Assembly: GCA_963697335.1 (NCBI GenBank)
Contig: CAVONQ010000018.1
Span: 384,001 to 448,000, forward strand
Length of the DNA: 64,000 nt
Reading direction: 5' to 3'
DNA from: an uncultured cyanobacterium
GTDB lineage: Bacteria > Cyanobacteriota > Cyanobacteriia > PCC-6307 > Cyanobiaceae
The first letter of the stretch is position 1; the number at the start of each line of letters is the position of its first letter. The translations under genes were made by a program, and so were the position numbers. Under the pieces are notes generated by a model, which was given only the letters and a program-made list of their open reading frames with translations, ran no database searches and had not been told where the DNA came from. Positions 58,076-64,000 of this stretch are shown in pieces.

Positions 58076-60298
58076 ATGGCAACGAAATTTCCTTCGTTCA
58101 GCCAGGGTCTGGCACAGGACCCGACAACCCGCCGTATTTGGTACGGCATTGCCACGGCTCACGACTTCGAGAGCCACGACGGCATGACCGAGGAGCGGCT
58201 TTACCAAAAGCTGTTCTCCACCCACTTCGGTCACCTGGCCATCATCGGCCTCTGGGTTTCGGGCAACCTGTTCCATATCGCCTGGCAGGGCAACTTTGAG
58301 CAGTGGGTCACCGATCCTCTGCATGTCCGTCCCATCGCTCACGCGATCTGGGATCCCCACTTCGGTGAGGGCGCGATCGCTGCCTTCACCCAGGCGGGCG
58401 CTTCCTCTCCGGTGAACATCGCCTATTCCGGTCTGTACCACTGGTGGTACACCATCGGGATGCGCACCAACTCCGAGCTCTACCAAGGGGCCATCTTCAT
58501 GATGATCCTCTCGGCCTGGGCCCTGTTCGCTGGCTGGCTTCACCTGCAGCCCAAGTTCCGGCCTTCCCTGGCCTGGTTCAAGAACGCTGAATCCCGGCTC
58601 AACCACCACCTGGCTGTGCTGTTCGGCTTCAGCTCGATCGCCTGGACCGGTCACCTGGTTCACGTGGCCATTCCTGAATCCCGCGGTCAGCACGTCGGTT
58701 GGGACAACTTCCTCTCCATGTCGCCTCATCCGGCAGGTCTGGGTCCCTTCTTCACCGGTAACTGGGGCGTTTACGCCCAGAATCCCGACACCGCCTATCA
58801 GGTCTTCGGCACGGCAGAAGGCTCGGGCACCGCGATCCTCACCTTCCTGGGTGGTTTCCACCCCCAGAGTGAGGCCCTCTGGCTCACCGATATTGCCCAT
58901 CACCACCTGGCGATTGGCTGTATTTTTGTGATCGCTGGCCACATGTACCGGACCAACTTCGGTATCGGTCACTCAATCCGGGAGATCCTGGACGCTCACA
59001 ACCCGCCCAAGGGCACCCCTGGTGACCTGGGCGCCGGCCACAAGGGTCTGTATGACACCATCAACAACTCGCTCCACTTCCAGTTGGGTCTGGCTCTGGC
59101 CAGCCTCGGTGTGGTGACGAGCCTGGTGGCTCAGCACATGTATGCCCTGCCGTCCTATGCGTTCATCGCCAAGGACTACACAACGCAGGCTGCCCTTTAC
59201 ACCCACCACCAGTACATCGCCATCTTCCTGATGTGCGGTGCCTTCGCTCACGGTGCGATCTTCTTCATCCGTGACTACGACCCCGAGGCCAACAGGAACA
59301 ATGTTCTTGCTCGGATGTTGGAGCACAAGGAAGCGATCATCAGCCACCTGAGCTGGGTCTCTCTGTTCCTCGGTTTCCACACCCTGGGTCTCTACGTTCA
59401 CAACGACGTAGTGGTGGCCTTCGGCACTCCCGAGAAGCAGATCCTGATTGAGCCGGTGTTTGCCCAGTTCGTTCAGGCTTCCTCCGGTAAGGCCCTCTAC
59501 GGGATGGACGTCCTGCTCTCCAATTCAGAGAGCATTGCGTCCACCGCCTGGCCCAACTCCGGCGCTGTCTGGCTGCCTGGTTGGCTGGACAGCCTCAACT
59601 CCGGCACCAACTCCCTGTTCCTCCAGATCGGTCCTGGTGACTTCCTGGTGCACCATGCCATCGCGCTTGGTCTCCACACCACCACCTTGATCCTGGTCAA
59701 GGGCGCCCTGGATGCCCGGGGTTCCAAGCTGATGCCTGACAAGAAGGACTTTGGTTATTCCTTCCCCTGCGACGGCCCCGGCCGTGGTGGCACCTGCGAC
59801 ATCAGTGCCTGGGACGCCTTCTACCTGGCTGTCTTCTGGGCCCTGAACACCGTTGGTTGGGTCACCTTCTACTGGCACTGGAAGCACCTCGCCATCTGGC
59901 AGGGCAACGTGGCCCAGTTCAACGAATCCAGCACCTACCTGATGGGCTGGTTCCGCGACTATCTGTGGCTCAACAGCTCGCAGCTGATCAACGGCTACAA
60001 CCCCGCTGGTTCCAACAACCTGGCGGTCTGGGCCTGGATGTTCCTGTTCGGCCACCTTGTGTGGGCAACGGGCTTCATGTTCCTGATCTCCTGGCGTGGT
60101 TACTGGCAGGAGCTGATCGAGACCATCGTCTGGGCACACCAGCGCACTCCGCTCGCCAACCTGGTGGGCTGGCGTGACAAGCCTGTAGCCCTGTCCATCG
60201 TTCAGGCCCGGGTGGTTGGTCTGGCCCACTTCACAGTGGGTTACTTCCTCACCTACGCGGCATTCCTGATCGCGTCCACCTCCGGCAAGTTCGGCTGA
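58076..60298 (+). CDS. psaB: photosystem I P700 apoprotein A2
   Basis: [35 protein letters not shown]. Confidence 0.99.
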   Translation: MATKFPSFSQGLAQDPTTRRIWYGIATAHDFESHDGMTEERLYQKLFSTHFGHLAIIGLWVSGNLFHIAWQGNFEQWVTDPLHVRPIAHAIWDPHFGEGAIAAFTQAGASSPVNIAYSGLYHWWYTIGMRTNSELYQGAIFMMILSAWALFAGWLHLQPKFRPSLAWFKNAESRLNHHLAVLFGFSSIAWTGHLVHVAIPESRGQHVGWDNFLSMSPHPAGLGPFFTGNWGVYAQNPDTAYQVFGTAEGSGTAILTFLGGFHPQSEALWLTDIAHHHLAIGCIFVIAGHMYRTNFGIGHSIREILDAHNPPKGTPGDLGAGHKGLYDTINNSLHFQLGLALASLGVVTSLVAQHMYALPSYAFIAKDYTTQAALYTHHQYIAIFLMCGAFAHGAIFFIRDYDPEANRNNVLARMLEHKEAIISHLSWVSLFLGFHTLGLYVHNDVVVAFGTPEKQILIEPVFAQFVQASSGKALYGMDVLLSNSESIASTAWPNSGAVWLPGWLDSLNSGTNSLFLQIGPGDFLVHHAIALGLHTTTLILVKGALDARGSKLMPDKKDFGYSFPCDGPGRGGTCDISAWDAFYLAVFWALNTVGWVTFYWHWKHLAIWQGNVAQFNESSTYLMGWFRDYLWLNSSQLINGYNPAGSNNLAVWAWMFLFGHLVWATGFMFLISWRGYWQELIETIVWAHQRTPLANLVGWRDKPVALSIVQARVVGLAHFTVGYFLTYAAFLIASTSGKFG

Positions 60299-60337
60299 CA
60301 TTCAGCCTGAAGCTTGCCTCCTCGAGGGACTACTCCA

Positions 60338-60362
60338 ACCCCGGCTCACGCCGGGGTTTTTT
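60338..60362 (+). terminator. intrinsic terminator after psaB
   Basis: AACCCCGGC-TCAC-GCCGGGGTT then T-run. Confidence 0.85.
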
Positions 60363-60397
60363 CTTGTCGTTGGACCGTCTGCCGTTACTTCTGCCCC

Positions 60398-60787
60398 ATG
60401 AGCTCCCTGTCCACGGCCACGTCGTCCCTGTTGGTCGCCCTTGGCGTGGTGCCCGGAGCCTGGCTGCGCTACCGGGTGGTCAACCACCTGGAGCCGGCGC
60501 TGCCGCGCAAGCACTGGGGCACCTTCGTGGTGAATGTGGTCGCCTGTTTTGCCCTGGGCCTGCTTGCGGCCCTGCAGCAGGGCGGTGGACAGGGGGCACG
60601 CAGCACGATGCTGTTGTTGGGCACGGGCTTCTTCGGAGGCTTCAGCACCTTTTCTTCCTTCGTGGCTGAGCTCCACCAGGTGCTGCAGCGCCGTCATTGG
60701 GGCGAGGCCTGTGCTCTGGCCGGGGGCTCGCTGCTGGCAGGTCTGCTGGCTATGCAGGCTGGCCTGCTGATCGGAGCCCTGCGATGA
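60398..60787 (+). CDS. crcB: fluoride channel Fluc/CrcB, subunit 1
   Basis: GAWLRY, GTFVVNV, GFFGGFSTFSSF. Confidence 0.9.
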   Translation: MSSLSTATSSLLVALGVVPGAWLRYRVVNHLEPALPRKHWGTFVVNVVACFALGLLAALQQGGGQGARSTMLLLGTGFFGGFSTFSSFVAELHQVLQRRHWGEACALAGGSLLAGLLAMQAGLLIGALR

Positions 60788-61194
60788 GGGAGCCCCTGAA
60801 GCGGGAATCCAAGGAGCTATTGCTCCTGGCGGCAGGTGCCGTGCCAGGCGGGCTGCTGCGCTGGCAGCTCGACCTGGCGGCGGCGGCTCAGGCTGGCCCG
60901 GGGGCAGCCCTGGTGCAGGCCGCCTTGCTGGCGAATCTGAGCGGTTGTCTGCTGATCGGCCTGTTGATCGTGCAGCCTTCAAGCCGAGCCAGGCTCTACC
61001 TTTGGGCAGGCGTGGGGTTCTGCGGCAGCCTCACCACGTTCTCGTCATGGATGCTGTCCATTGCCCAGCAGTTTGCCCTGGGGCAGTGGCTCAGCGTGGC
61101 CGCGATCGTGGCCGGGAGTCTGTTCGGGGGCCTGCTCATGGTGGCCTGTGGCGCCTGGCTCGGCTCGGCACTGCTGAACCGCAGCCGGCCCTGA
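60784..61194 (+). CDS. crcB: fluoride channel Fluc/CrcB, subunit 2
   Basis: ATGA overlap; GGLLRW, ANLSG, GFCGSLTTFSSW. Confidence 0.88.
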   Translation: MREPLKRESKELLLLAAGAVPGGLLRWQLDLAAAAQAGPGAALVQAALLANLSGCLLIGLLIVQPSSRARLYLWAGVGFCGSLTTFSSWMLSIAQQFALGQWLSVAAIVAGSLFGGLLMVACGAWLGSALLNRSRP

Positions 61195-61232
61195 GGCCTA
61201 CACCGGGCCTTAGACGGCTGCATCGACCGCCC

Positions 61233-61604
61233 TCAACGGGCGCTGGCATAGTTCTGGCGCACATAGGCCCAGTCCTCGCAGCGCAGTTCATTGCCATCGG
61301 TCTGGGCCCGCTCGCCCCGCAGGCAGGCCACCGTGGCCGTGTGGCCCTGGACCAGTCCGCTGGTTCTGCCCTGGTCCTGCAGTGCTTTGGCTTCAGCAGC
61401 TGTGGGCGCTGCGGTGGTGCTTGGATTTGGGGTGCTACTTGAGGTCGGTGGCAGGGCCGGGGCGGCGGGTGGCTCCGGCTCCGGCTGTTTCTGAACCTGG
61501 CATCCCCCCAGCAGCAGCACGGCGCTAGCTCCTAGTGCCAGGCCCCCAGGCCAGATGCCCCGTTGCCCCAGGCTGAAGCGTGGGCGAGAAGCTTGCTGGC
61601 CCAT
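61233..61604 (-). CDS. hypothetical lipoprotein
   Basis: Lipobox LLLGGC, Pro/Thr-rich linker, two Cys in C-terminal domain; start uncertain. Confidence 0.55.
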   Translation of the reverse strand: MGQQASRPRFSLGQRGIWPGGLALGASAVLLLGGCQVQKQPEPEPPAAPALPPTSSSTPNPSTTAAPTAAEAKALQDQGRTSGLVQGHTATVACLRGERAQTDGNELRCEDWAYVRQNYASAR

Positions 61605-61646
61605 GGAGCTCTTCGGCGAATGCCTCCCATTTTCCCCTGCCAAGCA

Positions 61647-61670
61647 AAAGCCCCGCCAGAGGCGGGGCTT
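61647..61670 (-). terminator. terminator after psaL
   Basis: AAAGCCCCGCC-AGA-GGCGGGGCTT hairpin preceded by A-run on + strand. Confidence 0.7.
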
Positions 61671-61730
61671 GATGGACGTTGGGCAGAAGCAGGGATGGAT
61701 GGCTTGGCCGCCAGCCCCAATAGCTGGTGC

Positions 61731-62222
61731 TCAGCCCAGGCTCCAGACTCCACCGGCAATGTTCCCCAGAGGGGACACCATGGCGGTGGTCGCCAGGAAC
61801 CAGGCGAAGGCGGCACCACCGCAGCCACCCAGCCAGAAGCCGCTGGCAAACTCAGCCCAGCCGGCCTTGGTGAACAGATCCGCAGGTGGATTGTCCACCG
61901 TGGCGTCCGCAGGCTGCACGTTGGGACCTGTGCCCGCCGTGCCATAGATGGACAGGCAGACCGTGAGGATTGACACCAGGCCGATCGCAGCCAGAAGCCC
62001 ACTGGTGCTGGCGTACTCGGTGAGCCGCAGGGGGCCGGTGAACGCAAAGGGTCCGTACAGCAGGAAACCATGGGCCATGCCCACTTCCAGGCCGCGCCGG
62101 TTGGGGGAGAGGGAGGGGCGATAGGCCGGCAGGGCGTTCAGGAATGCCTTGCTGAAATAGCTGCTGTTGACGGGTGTGGCCAGATTGCCGACACAGGGGT
62201 CGGCCACGGGGGTCACGGTCAT
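61731..62222 (-). CDS. psaL: photosystem I subunit XI
   Basis: [24 protein letters not shown]. Confidence 0.97.
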   Translation of the reverse strand: MTVTPVADPCVGNLATPVNSSYFSKAFLNALPAYRPSLSPNRRGLEVGMAHGFLLYGPFAFTGPLRLTEYASTSGLLAAIGLVSILTVCLSIYGTAGTGPNVQPADATVDNPPADLFTKAGWAEFASGFWLGGCGGAAFAWFLATTAMVSPLGNIAGGVWSLG

Positions 62223-62280
62223 GGGGATGGAAGTGAGGGTGATGAAAGGGGGGCGTTAGGCACTCCGAGGGCCCGGAGCG

Positions 62281-62397
62281 TCAGTCGCGGGCTTCAATCA
62301 CGTTGAACAACAGTGCCATCGCCACGGCTGGGCCGAGGATCCCGACGAGGGGCACCAGCACCGAGGGCATCCAGGCGGCAGCAAATTCTCCAGTCAT
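62281..62397 (-). CDS. psaI: photosystem I subunit VIII (38 aa)
   Basis: MTGEFAAAWMPSVLVPLVGILGPAVAMALLFNVIEARD, directly upstream of psaL; hidden at the end of a spurious 335-aa ORF. Confidence 0.93.
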   Translation of the reverse strand: MTGEFAAAWMPSVLVPLVGILGPAVAMALLFNVIEARD

Positions 62398-62487
62398 GGC
62401 GCAGGCCAGTAGCAACCGCCGGTACTGTAAGGATCGTTTCCAGCACAGCCTTCTTGGGCCCGGCTGGGCGACATAAAAGTTCAATCC

Positions 62488-63036
62488 ATGCCCCCTTCCA
62501 CCCTCGGTGCCGTGGCTGGCCTTCTGGCCCTGGTGCTCTGGTGGCTCGGTCGCCGCCCACCCACCCGCCTGCTGCGCTCCACCGATACCAGCGCCGTGGC
62601 GGCCCTGAACCGCAGCCAGTTGCACCAGGCTGCCGCTCCCGAGCCGGACGGTCGCGCCCTCCACCCTGCTGGCCCTGCTGCGCGCCCCAGGCCGCCGACC
62701 GCCGATGAGGTTGCCGCCACCTTCGTGGCCGCCACGCCCCTCGCCCGTCGCCCCGCCGGCGTGGCGCTCAGTGCCCGCGATCAACAACAGCTGCTGAAGG
62801 CCCTGCGGAGCCAGTTCAAAGGCGACAACCCCAGTCGCCTGGTGGCCGTGAAGGTGGCCAGGCGCTGGGGGCACCGCTGCACCTTGCCGCTGCTGCAGAG
62901 GGCCAGGCGCGACCCTGACCCCCGCGTGGCGCTGGAGGCGGCCCAGGCGCTGGAGCGCTTCCGGGGCAGGCCGCCTGGGAGTCAGGCCGCAGAGCCCGCC
63001 TCGCCGCTGCCCCGCAACGTCTCCCGCACCCGATAG
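62488..63036 (+). CDS. membrane-anchored HEAT-repeat-like hypothetical protein
   Basis: N-terminal TM; LPLLQRARRDPDPRVALEAAQAL HEAT-like unit. Confidence 0.6.
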   Translation: MPPSTLGAVAGLLALVLWWLGRRPPTRLLRSTDTSAVAALNRSQLHQAAAPEPDGRALHPAGPAARPRPPTADEVAATFVAATPLARRPAGVALSARDQQQLLKALRSQFKGDNPSRLVAVKVARRWGHRCTLPLLQRARRDPDPRVALEAAQALERFRGRPPGSQAAEPASPLPRNVSRTR

Positions 63037-63947
63037 ATCGGCCGCCCCTGACTCTCGTGGTAGGTGCGCATCTGCAGTTCTGCCAGCAGCCCAAAGCAGA
63101 ACAACTGCACCCCGGCGACCACGCTGATCAGGGCCACCAGCAACAGGGGCCGATCGCCGATCTCCGCCCCGAGCAGCAGCTTTTCCCCCACCAGGGCCAG
63201 CGTCAGCAGCAGTCCCACGCCCATGGCGGCCAGCCCGGCTGACCCGAACACGTGCATCGGCCGGGTCAGAAAGCGCTTCATGAACCACACCGTGAGCAGG
63301 TCCATCAGCACGCGGAAGGTGCGGTCAATGCCGTACTTGCTCTCGCCATGGCGGCGGGCGTGGTGGTCCACCTGCACCTCGCTGATGCGGGCGCCCTCAA
63401 TGAAGGCCAGGGCCGGCAGGAAGCGGTGCAGTTCGCCGTAGAGGTTGAGGTCGTCCACCACCTCGCGGCGGTAGGCCTTGAGGGAGCAGCCGTAGTCGTG
63501 CAGGTGCACCCCGGTGACGCGGGCGATCAGGCGATTGGCAATACGGCTGGGCAGCAGGCGCGACACGGCATGGTCCTGGCGTTGGTGGCGCCAGCCGCTC
63601 ACCAGGTCGAAACCCTCCCCCAGCCGCTCCAGCAGCAGGGGAATGTCGGCGGGATCGTTCTGAAGGTCGCCATCGAGCGTCACGATCACCTTGCCGCGAC
63701 TGGCATCGAAGCCAGCCGCCATGGCGGCGCTCTGGCCGTAGTTGCGCCGCAGCAGCAGCACCACCAGCTCAGGCAGGCTGGTGCTCAGGCTGCGCAGCAC
63801 CTCGGCGGTGCCGTCGCTGGAGCCGTCGTCCACCACCACCAGCTCGTGCTCCAGCCCCAGGGGCCGGATCGCGCGCAGCACCTGCTCAACCAGCAGCGGC
63901 ACGTTCTGCTCCTCGTTGTAGAGGGGCACCACCACCGAGAGATCCAT
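62982..63947 (-). CDS. GT2 glycosyltransferase (polyprenol-phosphate type)
   Basis: SVVVPLYNE, VDDGSSD, RNYGQSAA, LDGDLQNDP, two C-terminal TM segments. Confidence 0.93.
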   Translation of the reverse strand: MDLSVVVPLYNEEQNVPLLVEQVLRAIRPLGLEHELVVVDDGSSDGTAEVLRSLSTSLPELVVLLLRRNYGQSAAMAAGFDASRGKVIVTLDGDLQNDPADIPLLLERLGEGFDLVSGWRHQRQDHAVSRLLPSRIANRLIARVTGVHLHDYGCSLKAYRREVVDDLNLYGELHRFLPALAFIEGARISEVQVDHHARRHGESKYGIDRTFRVLMDLLTVWFMKRFLTRPMHVFGSAGLAAMGVGLLLTLALVGEKLLLGAEIGDRPLLLVALISVVAGVQLFCFGLLAELQMRTYHESQGRPIYRVRETLRGSGEAGSAA

Positions 63948-64000
63948 CGCGGCCAGGTCGCAGGCAAGGAACCTAGGCGGGCAGAGGACTGCCGTCGTGG

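Overview
High-GC picocyanobacterial chromosome segment (Cyanobium/Synechococcus-like, judged from gene content and order). Most of the window is core genome: crtR, gatC, pyrB, coaBC, psbO, sat, ftsH, aroC, psbA, cofG, clpS, dapL, rne-rnhB, pheA, the rpsL-rpsG-fusA-tuf-rpsJ operon, Fd-GOGAT, lipA, cbiG/cobJ, psaAB, psaL, psaI and three tRNAs. The exception is an accessory block of about 9.3 kb (18.1-27.4 kb) that looks like a self-contained RiPP/peptide-secretion system. It encodes a C39-peptidase ABC exporter, an HlyD adaptor and two paralogous double-glycine-leader precursors whose cores are Cys-free, protamine-like Arg/Ser repeats. It also encodes a fused APH-type kinase + HopA1-like (class V LanK/LanY-like) enzyme whose lyase half looks degenerate, and an OmpR-family two-component pair. 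Both precursor genes carry the same upstream element of three heptamers at 11-bp spacing followed by a -10-like hexamer. All family assignments come from motif recognition by eye; no database searches were run.
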